In this document: piece after piece, positions 9,711-21,741 of the stretch
Numbering within the stretch: the stretch's first letter is position 1
Layout: each line of letters begins with the position of its first letter
IMG/VR virus record: IMGVR_UViG_3300031787_000096
Span: 2,866 to 66,865 of that record
DNA length: 64,000 bases
Strand: one strand, 5' to 3'
Source of the DNA: a virus
Program-made: the position numbers and the translations under genes
The notes under the pieces: model-generated
What the model saw: only the letters and a program-made list of their open reading frames with translations
The model's database searches: none
What the model was told of the DNA's origin: nothing

Positions 9711-10121
9711 ATGCTGGGTGCACTGCTCACACCCAGCCCTGTCGTGAAGGACATCCGGATCACCACCCAGGACGATCTGCCTGGGCCCGATGGCGACGAG
9801 CCGTACGACACGTTCGTCAACCAGACCGAGTACGGCAACGGCCGCTTCCTGCGCACCAACGTGCTCTCGGCCCGGCCCGATCTCAAGAAGTACACGGCCC
9901 TGCGGTTCCAGCAGGACGTCAAGCGCCATCCCGATGCCGCCGGTCCTGGGCAGGACGTGGTGCTGGTGTTCATGGAGGCGCTGGAGCTGGAGCCGCCGCT
10001 GACCCTGGTCTGCAGCGACATCCACCTGCAGATGGAGGGCTACCCGGTGGAGCAGGGTGCAGTGATCGAGATCCCGCTGCTGCCGCCGTGCAACCGCGGG
10101 CCAGCCAAGGGATTCGGCTGA
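9711..10121 (+). CDS. hypothetical protein ending in KGFG
   Basis: GC3-rich coding frame; start may be a GTG near 9741-9744. Confidence 0.6.
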   Translation: MLGALLTPSPVVKDIRITTQDDLPGPDGDEPYDTFVNQTEYGNGRFLRTNVLSARPDLKKYTALRFQQDVKRHPDAAGPGQDVVLVFMEALELEPPLTLVCSDIHLQMEGYPVEQGAVIEIPLLPPCNRGPAKGFG

Positions 10122-10186
10122 GGGGGCTGGGGCCCGGCACGCTGCCGCCGATACCGTGGGGACCCTGCTCTCCCCTCGGCCCGGCG

Positions 10187-10951
10187 ATGCCTGCCCATGC
10201 GCTCCTGCCGGCCGTCAACCGTCTGCTCAAGCAGGTGGAAGAGGTGAGCGGCCTGCCGGTGGCGGTGGCCCAGCAGAGCGACCTGAGCACCCTGGCCACC
10301 CTGCGGCCGGCGACGCCCGAGTACCAGGCCCACCTGATCGCCTATCGCGATGCCGATGAGGCCAGCAGCTACCACGTGGCCTTTGAGGCCGCCCTGCTGC
10401 TGCGCATCGTGCAGGTGCCCCCCGAGCAGCGGGTGAACCTCACCGAGAAGCGCGAGGCCAGGGAGAAGGTGGTCTCCCAGGTGGAGAAGCTGTTCAAGGG
10501 CCGCCTCGGCCTGGCCCAGGCCCGGCAGGCCGGACTGCGCTTCTACGACGGGCTGATGGTGCAGCTGCGCTCCACAGGGCCTGGGCTGTGGGCTGACCGC
10601 TGGCTGTTCGAGCAGGTCCCGGAACTGCGGGGCCTGCAGGCGGCGGTGCTGCAGAGCCAGGTGCAGCAGAACGTGCCCTGCCTCAATGCGGAGGTGGACA
10701 AAATGAGCCCCGCCGATGTGGTGAAGGCCAGTCGGGCGATGAATGCCGCCTACGCCTTCCAGGCCGCCGAGCTGGTCGGCATCCCTCCCTTGGCGATCCC
10801 GTACCAGGCGGCAGGGTTTGAGGCCATGGCCAAGGAGCTGATCGCCATCACCCGCGCCGAGCCCACCACAGCGGATCCGGATCGGGAGATCGTCGATGGC
10901 TGGGCCGAGAAGCTGGGCCTCTCCCGCTGGTACTCCTGGAAAACGACCTGA
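10187..10951 (+). CDS. hypothetical protein, possibly degenerate metallopeptidase-like
   Basis: Clear coding frame from ATG 10187; YHVAFEAALLL segment. Confidence 0.7.
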   Translation: MPAHALLPAVNRLLKQVEEVSGLPVAVAQQSDLSTLATLRPATPEYQAHLIAYRDADEASSYHVAFEAALLLRIVQVPPEQRVNLTEKREAREKVVSQVEKLFKGRLGLAQARQAGLRFYDGLMVQLRSTGPGLWADRWLFEQVPELRGLQAAVLQSQVQQNVPCLNAEVDKMSPADVVKASRAMNAAYAFQAAELVGIPPLAIPYQAAGFEAMAKELIAITRAEPTTADPDREIVDGWAEKLGLSRWYSWKTT

Positions 10952-12048
10952 TGGAAGGCACGGCGTTCTCGATCGAAGAGGCCAGCTTTGATGCCTCCCT
11001 GCTGCCCGAGGGCAGCCGCACCCCAGGCACGGTGGCATTCCACCGGGCAGTGACCGACTACTTCCAGAAGTCCTATGCCTCCATGGGCGGCCAGCTGTCG
11101 GTGGTGTTCGCCGCCGGCCGCATCGAGGTGGCCTGGGAGCCGACGGCACCGGAAGCACCAGCGATGGCCACGATCGGCCCGCTCCTGCAGCAGCGCCGGC
11201 TCGATGAAGCCCGCCCGCTGCTGGAAACCCTGCTGCAGCTCCAGCCCGAGCACCCGGAGGCCCTTTACAACCTGGGCGTGCTCGCCAGCGAAGAAGGCCG
11301 GCTGGAGGAGGCCCGGCTGCTGCTGCGCCGGGCGGTGATCGCCAATGCGTCCGATGCCCACGCCCAGGCCAATGCCCAGGTGGCCCTGGCGCTCGCTGCG
11401 ATGCGGCTCGGCGACAAGGCAGAAGCCCGCCAGTCGCTGGAGGCCGCGATCGAGCTGGAGCCGGGCAACAGCTTTGCCCTGCGCAGCCTCGGCAGCCTGC
11501 TGGTGATCGCCGGGGCCCTGGCCGCCGGCATCGAACGCTTTCGCCAGGCGCTGGCGGTGGCACCGGATGACCTGGTTACCACCTTCAACCTGGCCCAGGC
11601 GTTGCTGGAGCTGGATCCAGGCGAGCACCGCGACGAGGCCGATCGGCTGCTGCTGCGCGTGATCGAGGCCCAGCCCTACGGCGAGCTGGCCCACAAGGCC
11701 AAGGACCTGCGGGGCAGCATCGCCAGACGCGACCTGCGGGCCGACCAGCCCGATGGTCTGCGGCAGGACGCGGTGAGCTACTGCCTCCAGGCCCTGCAGC
11801 TGTTCGAGGGGATGGACCAACAGCGCTTCCTGGCGGTGCTCAGCGAGGTGGCGGCTGTCGGCCAGGGCGGGCTGCAGATCAATGAGCCCGGCACCTCCCG
11901 CAGCCTCAAGACCCTGCCAGGCAGCTGGAGCGACCTGGCCCTGGCCTGTCTGATCCACGTGGGCATGAAGCGGCTGATGCCCAATGAGGACTCAGGACTG
12001 GGGATCGGGGCGGAGTACGAGGAGGCGGTGCGGTTGGATGGTCGGTAG
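10951..12048 (+). CDS. tetratricopeptide repeat protein
   Basis: PEHPEALYNLGVL, EPGNSFALRSLG, PDDLVTTFNLAQAL repeats; TGATG coupling. Confidence 0.85.
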   Translation: MEGTAFSIEEASFDASLLPEGSRTPGTVAFHRAVTDYFQKSYASMGGQLSVVFAAGRIEVAWEPTAPEAPAMATIGPLLQQRRLDEARPLLETLLQLQPEHPEALYNLGVLASEEGRLEEARLLLRRAVIANASDAHAQANAQVALALAAMRLGDKAEARQSLEAAIELEPGNSFALRSLGSLLVIAGALAAGIERFRQALAVAPDDLVTTFNLAQALLELDPGEHRDEADRLLLRVIEAQPYGELAHKAKDLRGSIARRDLRADQPDGLRQDAVSYCLQALQLFEGMDQQRFLAVLSEVAAVGQGGLQINEPGTSRSLKTLPGSWSDLALACLIHVGMKRLMPNEDSGLGIGAEYEEAVRLDGR

Positions 12049-12346
12049 GCCAAAACAATGCACAGGCTGCATAGTTCTGGCCTGGAGGGGTACGGCCTTG
12101 AGACGCTTGGCTGCGCCTGCGCTGCCCTAGCGGCACAATGGGGACGACAGGCGGGCGGAGAGCAACTCCATGACAACCACCCCAGCCGCCAGTTGGGCTT
12201 GCTGTGACGCCGCTCCATCCCGACGGCAGATCCGTCGTGACGTTGTCACCCTTGACGACCATGGCCGAGCAGGCCCCCACTTCGAAGATAGTTACCAGTG
12301 GCGTGACTGGGCTTCCTTGACAACAGTCAGTGGGGGGCGGGCCTGA

Positions 12347-15300
12347 ATGGAGATAATCGACAATTCCTCGGCCTTGCTAGGCGAAGACCTGAAGAAAGCA
12401 CTCGGGAAAGGAAGTCGATTAAGAATTGCCGCATCATGTTTTTCGATCTATGCCTTCGAAGCCCTCAGGCATGAGCTAAGCGCAATCGACGAGCTGAGAT
12501 TTATTTTTACAGCGCCAACATTTATTCCGGCTCAGGCGACAGATAGACTTAAAAGAGAGCACAGAGAGTTTCACATACCAAAGAGCAGCAGAGAAAGGGG
12601 GCTATACGGAACCGAATTTGAGATACAGCTACGCAACAAGCTGACACAAAGAGCTGTGGCACGTGAATGCGCCGAGTGGATACGCAGAAAGGCCAAGTTC
12701 AGCTCGAACACATCGCCCGCCCCAATGCAGCAATTTATCCACGTCTCACAGCCGGGGACGGATGCTGCATATATGCCGGTCAGCGGATTCACGATGGTTG
12801 ACTTGGGCTACCAGAGAGGTGATGCGGTCTCGAACTTTGTGACCAGGTTCAGCGAGCCTAGTCACACACAGGTCTACCTTCAGCTCTTTGAGCAGATTTG
12901 GGCAGACCCCGAGAAAGTAAAAGACGTAACCGAATTAATCTGCGATCACATAGCGTCAGTATATCAAGAAAACTCGCCAGAGAAAATCTATTTCCTCATT
13001 CTGCATAATATTTTTAGAGACTTTTTGGAGACGGTGGACGCCGACAGTCTCCCAAATGACCGAACTGGGTATCAAGAAACCAAGATCTGGCAGAAGCTCT
13101 TTAACTTCCAAAGAGACGCTGCCACAGGAATAATCAACAAACTAGAGTCTTTTAATGGGTGCATTCTTGCAGACAGCGTCGGCCTTGGCAAAACCTTTAC
13201 TGCACTCGCCGTCATTAAGTACTACGAGTTACGGAATAGATCCGTTTTGGTGCTCTGCCCCAAAAAGCTTGCGGATAACTGGCGCAACTACAACACGAAT
13301 CTGACAACAAACATATTTGCGAAGGATCGCTTTAACTATGATGTATTGAACCACACGGATCTCTCTCGTAGCTCCGGGGAGTCGTACGGAATCCCGCTGA
13401 ACCGAGTGAATTGGGGCAACTATGATTTAGTCGTGATTGACGAATCGCACAACTTTCGCAATAACGATATCTATAAAGATCGAGAGACGCGTTATCAGAA
13501 GCTTATGAACCAGGTGATTCGGGCAGGCGTCAAAACAAAAGTCTTGATGCTATCGGCGACTCCAGTGAACAATCGATTCACGGATCTCCGCAACCAACTT
13601 GCGCTTGCCTACGAGGGAGAGTCTGATGAACTTAGCAGGTATCTCAAAACAGAGGTCAGCATAGAAGAGATCTTTCGTCAGGCCCAGAGAGCATTCAACG
13701 AATGGTCATCTCAGTCTCCCGAAGAGAGGACGGCCGCTTCAATTCTGAATGCTCTCAGCTTCGATTTCTTTGAACTTCTTGATGCCGTCACGATAGCACG
13801 CTCAAGAAAACATATTGAGACTTTCTATGACACGAAGGATATCGGAAAGTTTCCACAGCGGCTGAAGCCACTCTCGTTTCACTGCCCGATCACATACCGC
13901 ACTGACGTGATGGGGCTGAATGATATTTTCGCCCAACTCTCCGTTCTCAAGTTGGCCGTCTATGCGCCGATCAGTTACGTACTGCCAAGTCGGCTTCGCA
14001 AATACGAGGAGATATATGACACACAAGTTGAAGGCGGAAGAGGAAAACTGAAGCAAGCTGATCGAGAGCGCAGCCTACAAGCTCTCATGACAACTAATCT
14101 GCTCAAGCGCCTGGAGAGCTCAGTTCAAGCCTTTCGGCTCACGCTCAGGGCTCTTTCCAGCAATATCTCGCGAAACCTGGAAGCCATTGAAACCTTTGAA
14201 AAGACAGGCCGTAATATTGAGGTGAGCGACTTCCTTGCCCAATCGAGTCAGTTTGATACAGAAGACGAAGATCTGTCTGGCCTTGATGAATTCACGGTAG
14301 GCAAGAAAATCAAGATCAGTCTTGCAGATATGGATCTGCCGACATGGAAGCATGACCTAGCTGCTGATCTGATCTTGATCGAGGACCTCATTGCCTCAAT
14401 GGAGAAGGTAGAACCTGGCGACGACTCCAAGCTGCAACATCTGCTCGGGCTGATCAAGCAGAAGGTTGATGCTCCATTGAACCCAGGTAACCGCAAGCTG
14501 CTGATCTTCACGGCTTTTGCTGACACTGCAAATTACCTCTTCGCTAATTTGGCGCCCTTTGCACAGCAGCTGGGACTCCACGTTGGGAGGGTTACGGGCT
14601 CCGAATCGCCCAAGACCACGCTGAAGAAGGTGTATGACTTCCAGGGTGTCCTGACGCTGTTCTCACCAAGATCGAAAGAAAAGGCCATTGTGTTTCCGGA
14701 CGAGACAGCGGAGCTCGACATTCTGATCGGGACTGATTGCATTTCCGAAGGCCAAAACCTACAGGACTGTGACTTTTTAATCAACTATGACATCCACTGG
14801 AACCCAGTCAGGATTATCCAGCGGTTTGGTCGGATTGACAGGATTGGCTCACCCAATAGCCAGATCCAGCTTGTTAACTACTGGCCAGACATCACGCTCG
14901 ATGAGTACATCAACCTCAAAGAACGTGTCGAGAACCGAATGGTCATCACGGATATCACCGCCACAGGCGACGATAACGTGCTCACTGCCAAGTCAAGCGA
15001 GATAACCTACCGAAAGGAACAACTCAAGCGGCTCCAGGACGAGGTCATCGAGCTTGAAGATGTAAAGGCCGGCATCTCTATTACGGATCTCGGGCTGAAC
15101 GATTTCCGAATGGACCTGCTCAATTACGTCAAGGAACATGGCGATCTCGATACCGTGCCATTCGGCATGCACGCTGTCGTGCCGGCACTGCCGGAGATGG
15201 GCCTCCAGCCAGGCGTCATCTTCGCGCTAAAGAACATTCACGACAGCGTCAATGTCAACCAGCAGAACCGGCTGCACCCGTTCTACCTTGTCTACATCGC

Positions 15301-15619
15301 TGGAGACGGTCAGATCGTCGCTGACCATACAGAGGTCAAGCGCGTGCTCGACTTGATCCGATCCAGTTGCAAAGGGCGCATCGAGCCCATTCGCGACGTC
15401 TGCCGCATTTTCAATGAATGCACAGATGACGGGCGCAAGATGGATCATTATTCAGACCTTCTCTCAAGCGCTATCCGTTCCATGGTCGAGGTCAAGGAGG
15501 GAAAAGATATCGACAGCCTATTTAGCGGCGGAAGCACTACAGCGTTAACCAACATCATTCAAGGGCTGGAAGACTTCGAGCTGATTGCGTTTCTGGTCGT
15601 ACAAGGAGGTCACGTATGA
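12347..15619 (+). CDS. SNF2-family helicase associated with type III R-M
   Basis: LADSVGLGKT, VIDESHNFRN, LSATP, SEGQNLQ, QRFGRIDRIG. Confidence 0.92.
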   Translation: MEIIDNSSALLGEDLKKALGKGSRLRIAASCFSIYAFEALRHELSAIDELRFIFTAPTFIPAQATDRLKREHREFHIPKSSRERGLYGTEFEIQLRNKLTQRAVARECAEWIRRKAKFSSNTSPAPMQQFIHVSQPGTDAAYMPVSGFTMVDLGYQRGDAVSNFVTRFSEPSHTQVYLQLFEQIWADPEKVKDVTELICDHIASVYQENSPEKIYFLILHNIFRDFLETVDADSLPNDRTGYQETKIWQKLFNFQRDAATGIINKLESFNGCILADSVGLGKTFTALAVIKYYELRNRSVLVLCPKKLADNWRNYNTNLTTNIFAKDRFNYDVLNHTDLSRSSGESYGIPLNRVNWGNYDLVVIDESHNFRNNDIYKDRETRYQKLMNQVIRAGVKTKVLMLSATPVNNRFTDLRNQLALAYEGESDELSRYLKTEVSIEEIFRQAQRAFNEWSSQSPEERTAASILNALSFDFFELLDAVTIARSRKHIETFYDTKDIGKFPQRLKPLSFHCPITYRTDVMGLNDIFAQLSVLKLAVYAPISYVLPSRLRKYEEIYDTQVEGGRGKLKQADRERSLQALMTTNLLKRLESSVQAFRLTLRALSSNISRNLEAIETFEKTGRNIEVSDFLAQSSQFDTEDEDLSGLDEFTVGKKIKISLADMDLPTWKHDLAADLILIEDLIASMEKVEPGDDSKLQHLLGLIKQKVDAPLNPGNRKLLIFTAFADTANYLFANLAPFAQQLGLHVGRVTGSESPKTTLKKVYDFQGVLTLFSPRSKEKAIVFPDETAELDILIGTDCISEGQNLQDCDFLINYDIHWNPVRIIQRFGRIDRIGSPNSQIQLVNYWPDITLDEYINLKERVENRMVITDITATGDDNVLTAKSSEITYRKEQLKRLQDEVIELEDVKAGISITDLGLNDFRMDLLNYVKEHGDLDTVPFGMHAVVPALPEMGLQPGVIFALKNIHDSVNVNQQNRLHPFYLVYIAGDGQIVADHTEVKRVLDLIRSSCKGRIEPIRDVCRIFNECTDDGRKMDHYSDLLSSAIRSMVEVKEGKDIDSLFSGGSTTALTNIIQGLEDFELIAFLVVQGGHV

Positions 15620-16338
15620 CTCTCTACGAATGGCCACGCGCCGCTGCATTCGGTCGCGTGATCCCCAAGAACAAGATCTACGAACACGCTGGAGCAAACA
15701 CTGCACTGAAAGCGACATTCGTGCGTGAGGTTGATCAAATTATTTGGTCGCATAAGCTTGCACCTGAGACGGTGAATGTGGTGGCGACCAAGCAGGTGAG
15801 TGAAATCCAGGTTTTCCGTATTGCCGCACACAGCGCAACATTGGATCAGGAGGTGCTGAGTGCTATTGACCAAGCCATTCCCTTTCCGCTCTTTTTTGAG
15901 GTGACTAATGGTGAACATGTCATGGTAGCCGCCGCCTACAAGCGACCAAGCGAAGCCGACAGTAGCCGCTTCGTCCTCGGCAACTACTTTCTGAGTGATT
16001 GGTTTCCAGCGAGTGGGCAGCGCACAGCCTTCCCCGTAGCGCTGAACATGTGCACGCTGTACGAACGTCTTCTTGAGCCTCTGGTAAGGCGGCAGTTGGC
16101 CCAGCTGGTTGCCAATGCGAGCGGAATCATGAACTCGCCGATCGCCCCTGAGGTCGCAGATCAACCAGTTTCACTGGAGGCCCGCATCGCCCAGGCCGAG
16201 GCGATCAAGGCAAAGGTCCATGAGGTCATGCGTATCAGGGCACGGCTGGCACGAGAGAGACAGTTCAATAAGCGAGTTGCGATCAATGCCGAGCTACGGA
16301 CAGCCAAACAAGAACTTGAACGATTATCTACAGGGTAA
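15616..16338 (+). CDS. DUF4391 family protein
   Basis: FGRVIPKNKIY, IDQAIPFPL, ERQFNKRVAIN; lies between the SNF2 gene and mod. Confidence 0.85.
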   Translation: MTLYEWPRAAAFGRVIPKNKIYEHAGANTALKATFVREVDQIIWSHKLAPETVNVVATKQVSEIQVFRIAAHSATLDQEVLSAIDQAIPFPLFFEVTNGEHVMVAAAYKRPSEADSSRFVLGNYFLSDWFPASGQRTAFPVALNMCTLYERLLEPLVRRQLAQLVANASGIMNSPIAPEVADQPVSLEARIAQAEAIKAKVHEVMRIRARLARERQFNKRVAINAELRTAKQELERLSTG

Positions 16339-16378
16339 TCCCGTCAAGGCTCCAACCAACTTCTCTAAGACCACCAGC

Positions 16379-18331
16379 ATGGACAAGCTAAAGATGCACA
16401 GCCCGAATCTAAGTCAGGAGAACATCTCAAAGATTCGTGAACTGTTCCCCGCCTGCGTGACGGAAGCACGCGATGAGGCGACAGGCACAGTCCGTCTTGC
16501 GGTTGATTTTGATCAGCTCCGTCAGGAGTTGAGTGATGAAAGCATAGAAGGTTCGCAGGAGAGATATAGATTAGATTGGCCGGGGAAGAGAAATGCAACT
16601 CTACTCGCAAATAGTCCAACGACACAAACCCTCAGGCCACTCTTAGATGAGAGCGTCGAATTTGAAACCGCAAGGCATCTGGTTATCGAGTCAGACAACA
16701 TAGACGCGTTGAGGATGCTGCAGGATGCATACCTAGGTGCATGCAAGGCTATTTACATCGATCCTCCATATAACACAGGTTCCGACTTTATCTACCAAGA
16801 TAGCTTTGCAACGGACAAGAGATCCTACGGCCTTAGTTCTGGTGTTGCTGATAGTGAGGGCCGGAAACTTGTTGCGAACACGAATGCCAATGGCCGCTTT
16901 CACTCTGATTGGCTCAGCATGATCTATCCAGCCCTTAAGATAGCCAGAAATCTCTTGACCGAAGATGGCCTTATATTTATCAGCATCGATCAGAACGAGG
17001 TATATAATCTTCAACGGCTTGCCTGCGAGGTTTTTGGAGAAAACAATTTTCTGAATGACTTTATTTGGGTAAACAATCTCAAAGGAAGGCAGATTAGCGG
17101 TAGTGGAGCTGCCCGCACGCATGAACACGTGCTTTTATTTGCCAAGAATGCTGAGGCAGTAGGACCTTTATATACAGACATTGCTTACGTCAAACGCCTA
17201 ATGCCATCTGTATATCGTGGCTTCGATTATGAAGTCGAGGAGGATGAGCGCGGTCCCTATGTCATAAAGAATGAGCTTTACAATACAAACTCCAAGTTTA
17301 ATGAAGATACACGACCAAACCTTGTATACAAAATTTTCTATAATCCCGCCACAGGTGCGGTGGACACGGGCGATCTTTCTGAGTCACCGGCCAGTGACGA
17401 CTGGGTAGAAATCCTGCCTCACTCCAATAACAATGGTAGAAATAGATATCACGCATGGAGGTGGGGGCGAGATAAGGTTAAGAACGAGTATTTTGATCTG
17501 CTCTTCAAGAAAGTTGGTTCTAAATGGAAGGTTTATACCAAGGTCAGAACCGTTAACAATACGGCGGTTAAAGATCTTATCATGGATATCTCAACTCAGT
17601 CCGGATCGCGGGACTGCGAATCTAGGCTTGGAGAAAGTTTCTTCGACTTCCCAAAGCCGGTTGATCTAGTGGAATTTCTACTCGGGTCGTGTACTAGTTG
17701 TGACTCAGATCATATTGTACTTGACTTTTTTGCAGGATCTGGAACGACCGGTGAAGCAGTATTAAGACTTAATTCCAAGGATGGAGGTAATCGTAGGTTC
17801 ATCTTAGTTCAGGCCCCAGTTCTCATCAAGGCCGTCTCTCTAGAAGATTCTACTTATTCGACCATTGCTGATATTACGCGTCAACGCATTCGTGCCGTTA
17901 TTGAATCACTAAACTCGCCAATTGACTCGGGCTTTCGATCTCTTTTGGTGGATTCATCAAATATGAAGGACGTGTACTATCTGCCAGATCAGCTGTCGCA
18001 GGCTAACTTGCTGGATATGGTGGACAATGTGAAGGAGGACCGAACGGGAGAAGACCTTTTATTCCAAGTATTAATCGATTGGGGAGTCGACCTTACTCTG
18101 CCCATCCGCCGCAGAACGGTGCAGGACAAGACCGTTTTCTTTGTAGATGATAATTCTCTTATCGCCTGCTTTGAGTCAACTGTTACTGAAGATCTAGTAA
18201 AAGAGCTTGCAAGTCTTGAGCCTCTGCGAGTTGTATTCCGCGACAATGGCTTTGTCTCGGACGCGGTGAAGATCAACGTCGAGCAGATCTTCCGCCAGCT
18301 TTCGCCGACAACCGAAGTAAAGGCAATTTGA
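16379..18331 (+). CDS. mod: type III R-M adenine methyltransferase
   Basis: [31 protein letters not shown]. Confidence 0.93.
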   Translation: MDKLKMHSPNLSQENISKIRELFPACVTEARDEATGTVRLAVDFDQLRQELSDESIEGSQERYRLDWPGKRNATLLANSPTTQTLRPLLDESVEFETARHLVIESDNIDALRMLQDAYLGACKAIYIDPPYNTGSDFIYQDSFATDKRSYGLSSGVADSEGRKLVANTNANGRFHSDWLSMIYPALKIARNLLTEDGLIFISIDQNEVYNLQRLACEVFGENNFLNDFIWVNNLKGRQISGSGAARTHEHVLLFAKNAEAVGPLYTDIAYVKRLMPSVYRGFDYEVEEDERGPYVIKNELYNTNSKFNEDTRPNLVYKIFYNPATGAVDTGDLSESPASDDWVEILPHSNNNGRNRYHAWRWGRDKVKNEYFDLLFKKVGSKWKVYTKVRTVNNTAVKDLIMDISTQSGSRDCESRLGESFFDFPKPVDLVEFLLGSCTSCDSDHIVLDFFAGSGTTGEAVLRLNSKDGGNRRFILVQAPVLIKAVSLEDSTYSTIADITRQRIRAVIESLNSPIDSGFRSLLVDSSNMKDVYYLPDQLSQANLLDMVDNVKEDRTGEDLLFQVLIDWGVDLTLPIRRRTVQDKTVFFVDDNSLIACFESTVTEDLVKELASLEPLRVVFRDNGFVSDAVKINVEQIFRQLSPTTEVKAI

Positions 18332-18339
18332 GGACTGTC

Positions 18340-21300
18340 ATGAAGCTCAGATTCAAGGTCCAGCCCTACCAGACTAATGCGGTCAATGACGTAGTCGACT
18401 GCTTCGTTGGTCAGCCAATGATCTCTAGCCTCGCATATCGCATCGACCCCGGTAGAAATGGACAGGCAAACTTGTTCGACGAAGGTTTCAAAAATGCCGA
18501 TCTTGCCCTAACGGAGGTACAAATTCTTAAAAATATCCAAGATATCCAACGGCGCCAAAACTTACCAGTTTCGCAATCGACTTCTGAGTTCACCACCTTC
18601 GATGGTAAGAGTGCTCGAGTCCCTGCAAAGACGTCTTACAAGAATGCCGCTTTAGCAGCTTCTCGTATTCATCTCGATGTCGAGATGGAGACCGGTACGG
18701 GGAAGACATACTGCTACATCAAGACCATCTTCGAGATGAACAAACGTTATGGTTGGTGCAAATTCATTATCATAGTCCCATCTATCGCTATTAGGGAGGG
18801 AGCCTATAAGTCGCTCCAGATTACGGCGGAACACTTCTCTGAAATTTACAGCAAGAAAGCTCGGTTCTTTATCTATAATTCCCAGCGTCCAAATGAGCTG
18901 GAAAGCTTTTCATCCGATGCTGGTATCAATGTGATGGTGATCAATATTCAGGCGTTCAACGCTCGTGGAGCCGAAAATCGCCGCATTTATGAGGAGCTGG
19001 ACGACTTCCAGTCACGCAGGCCCATCGATGTGATTGCCTCGAACCGTCCAATTCTGATCTTAGACGAGCCGCAGAAGATGGAAGGTGCTGCGACGATGGA
19101 AGCCCTGCCAAAGTTCAAGCCTTTGTTTATCCTTCGCTATTCGGCAACCCACCGTACTCATCACAACCGTGTTCACCGGCTGGATGCGCTCGACGCCTAC
19201 AACCAAAAGCTGGTCAAAAAGATTGCCGTGCTTGGCATCCAGACCCGCGGGCTAGCCGGTACCAGCTCCTACCTGTATCTAGAGAGTATCGACATCTCAA
19301 CCAAGGCTCCTGTGGCCCGAATCGAGTTGGAGGTAAGGCTCAAGTCTGGCGAGATCAAACGCCAAGTCCGCCGGCTTGAATTCCGCGACGACTTGTTCGT
19401 CAAGTCCGGTGAGCTTGACCAGTACCGCGGCTTTACGATCAGCCAAATCGATGCCGTCAACGACACGGTCGAATTCACCAATGGCATCGTGTTGAGGGCT
19501 GGTGAGGCGAATGGCGATGTCTCCGAGCGTGATATCCGCCGCATCCAGATTCGTGAAACTATTAAGGCACATCTCGATAAGGAAAAGCAGCTGTTTGTGC
19601 AGGGTATCAAGACCCTCTCTCTTTTCTTCATCGACGAAGTGGCAAGGTATCGAGATTACGAGCAGGTTGACGAGAAAGGTGAATATGCTCGGGTCTTCGA
19701 AGAAGAATATGAACTGCTTAAGACTGAGTATCTCTCCGAGCTTGCTATTGATAATGAGGCCTATCGGGAGTATCTCGCGGCCATCGATCCAGCCAAGACC
19801 CACAATGGTTACTTTTCTAAGGACAAGAAGAGCGGCCGAGACATCAATGGAGCCATCAAGCAAGAAACTGATGCTGAGACTGGGAAGAAGGTCTCGGTCT
19901 CTCAAGACGTTGATGCTTACGACCTAATCTTAAAGAGAAAAGAGCAGCTCCTTTCTTTTGACGAGCCAACTCGTTTTATCTTCTCCCACTCGGCATTACG
20001 TGAAGGGTGGGATAATCCTAATGTATTTACTCTCTGCATGCTGAAGCACAGCGACAACGTCGTGATGCGTCGCCAAGAGGTGGGACGAGGCTTGCGATTG
20101 AGCGTCAACCAGCACGGGGACAGGATGGACCATCCGGCTGTCGTACACGACATCAACGTGTTGACCGTAGTGGCGAGCGAAAGCTACAAGGACTTTGTGG
20201 CCGGTCTCCAAAGGGAAATCGCAGAATCTCTCTCCTCGCGACCGCGGCAGGCCAATGAGGAGTATTTCACGGGCAAGACATTCACGACCGAACACGGGCC
20301 TGTTGAGGTCACCTCTGCTATGGCCAAACAGATCTACCGATATTTGGTCAAGAATGACTACACGGACGCCTCGGATCAGATTGCGGATGCCTACCACGTA
20401 GCCAAAGCATCGGGGACGCTGGCCGACTTGCCCGAAGAACTAAAGCCTAACGAAGAGTTGGTGTTTCAGCTTATCGACAGCGTTTTCAGTGATGCTCAAC
20501 TACCTAAGGTGGATGATGGTCGCAAGCCCAAGACTAATCCTCTGAACTCGAACTTCGAAAAGAAAGAGTTCCAGGAGCTTTGGGCTCGCATCAACCGCAA
20601 GGCGATCTACAAGGTGGAGTTTGACTCAGCAGAGCTCATCCGTAAGTGCGTTGGCGCGTTGGATAGCGAGCTGCGCGTTACCCCCTTGCAGTACACCGTT
20701 CAGGCTGGCGTGCAGATCGAGCAATTGACTGACGGCCAGCTTCGTGATGGAGATGCCTTCACTGTCACAAGTACGACGACGGAATATGGAAACTCTATCC
20801 ACTCCCTAGTCAAATACGACCTGGTGGGGAAAGTGGCCGAGATCGCACATCTGACTCGAGACACAACAGCTACCATACTCTCTCGGATTGCCCCTGGAGT
20901 TTTCGAACAGTTCACGAAGAACCCTGAGTCTTTCATCACAGAGGCCTCACGGATTATTTCCGAGCAGAAGGCGGCCATGGTGATCGAGCGTCTGGTGTAC
21001 GACGGAGTCGACGAGAGGTACGATGTTGATATCTTTACTGCAAACCAGGCCGGCCAAGACTTCTCCCGCGCAACCTCAAAGCTGATGAATCATATTTATG
21101 ACTACGCGATAACGGATTCAGATGTCGAGAGGGATTTCGTGAGGGATCTTGATGCAAGCAGTGAAGTTGTAGTCTACGCAAAGCTGCCGCGTGGATTCCT
21201 CATCCCAACGCCGGTCGGCGACTACAACCCCGACTGGGCAATCTCGTTTAAGGCTGGGAGTGTTAAGCATATCTATTTTGTGGCAGAAACCAAGGGCACA

Positions 21301-21459
21301 ATGTCTTCGATGAAGCTGCGAGCAATCGAGGCGGCCAAGATTCAATGCGCCCGCCAGTTTTTCAGCGAGATAAGTCGTTCTGTCGAATCGAATTCCGTCA
21401 AATACGATGTGGTTGACAGCTATTCAAGCCTTATGGATCTTGTTTCCCCACGTGCCTAA
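18340..21459 (+). CDS. res: type III R-M restriction subunit
   Basis: [49 protein letters not shown]. Confidence 0.93.
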   Translation: MKLRFKVQPYQTNAVNDVVDCFVGQPMISSLAYRIDPGRNGQANLFDEGFKNADLALTEVQILKNIQDIQRRQNLPVSQSTSEFTTFDGKSARVPAKTSYKNAALAASRIHLDVEMETGTGKTYCYIKTIFEMNKRYGWCKFIIIVPSIAIREGAYKSLQITAEHFSEIYSKKARFFIYNSQRPNELESFSSDAGINVMVINIQAFNARGAENRRIYEELDDFQSRRPIDVIASNRPILILDEPQKMEGAATMEALPKFKPLFILRYSATHRTHHNRVHRLDALDAYNQKLVKKIAVLGIQTRGLAGTSSYLYLESIDISTKAPVARIELEVRLKSGEIKRQVRRLEFRDDLFVKSGELDQYRGFTISQIDAVNDTVEFTNGIVLRAGEANGDVSERDIRRIQIRETIKAHLDKEKQLFVQGIKTLSLFFIDEVARYRDYEQVDEKGEYARVFEEEYELLKTEYLSELAIDNEAYREYLAAIDPAKTHNGYFSKDKKSGRDINGAIKQETDAETGKKVSVSQDVDAYDLILKRKEQLLSFDEPTRFIFSHSALREGWDNPNVFTLCMLKHSDNVVMRRQEVGRGLRLSVNQHGDRMDHPAVVHDINVLTVVASESYKDFVAGLQREIAESLSSRPRQANEEYFTGKTFTTEHGPVEVTSAMAKQIYRYLVKNDYTDASDQIADAYHVAKASGTLADLPEELKPNEELVFQLIDSVFSDAQLPKVDDGRKPKTNPLNSNFEKKEFQELWARINRKAIYKVEFDSAELIRKCVGALDSELRVTPLQYTVQAGVQIEQLTDGQLRDGDAFTVTSTTTEYGNSIHSLVKYDLVGKVAEIAHLTRDTTATILSRIAPGVFEQFTKNPESFITEASRIISEQKAAMVIERLVYDGVDERYDVDIFTANQAGQDFSRATSKLMNHIYDYAITDSDVERDFVRDLDASSEVVVYAKLPRGFLIPTPVGDYNPDWAISFKAGSVKHIYFVAETKGTMSSMKLRAIEAAKIQCARQFFSEISRSVESNSVKYDVVDSYSSLMDLVSPRA

Positions 21460-21608
21460 TTGTCGTCGTTGTCGACGGGATTTTTGCCGTCCTGCTGTTC
21501 CCGAGTACTAATGACAACAACGGCGATGCCACCTTGGTCTGGCATGGCTGCAGCCAAAAAGCATCCTCACACTTTCTGAGGCCACTGAGGTGGGGTTGGC
21601 CAATAAGC

Positions 21609-21733
21609 CGGCGCACACCCACCGCATCCCTCGGCCGTTCCTCCCGCCGCGTCAAGGATCGGGCCATGCGCCCCCAGGGGGGCGTCCTTGCCGTGGCGCT
21701 GCGGCCGGCCGGTGGGGGTGGGGTTCTTCGCCG
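21609..21733 (+). promoter_or_regulatory. long imperfect hairpin, CAAGG/CCTTG family copy B
   Basis: CGCCGCGTCAAGGA pairs with TCCTTGCCGTGGCG; shares CAAGGATCGGGCCA and GGCGTCCTTGCC with copy F. Confidence 0.8.
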
Positions 21734-21741
21734 TCTCCCAG

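Noticed and set aside
10040-11958. Long antisense ORFs (also 28791-30530, 40882-42201, 51646-52701)
   Set aside because: Shadow ORFs of high-GC genes on the opposite strand; low-complexity translations without motifs.
12240-12346. CCCTTGAC and an inverted repeat upstream of the SNF2 gene as another hairpin-family copy
   Set aside because: No matching upstream CAAGG arm was found; at best a remnant or an ordinary promoter.
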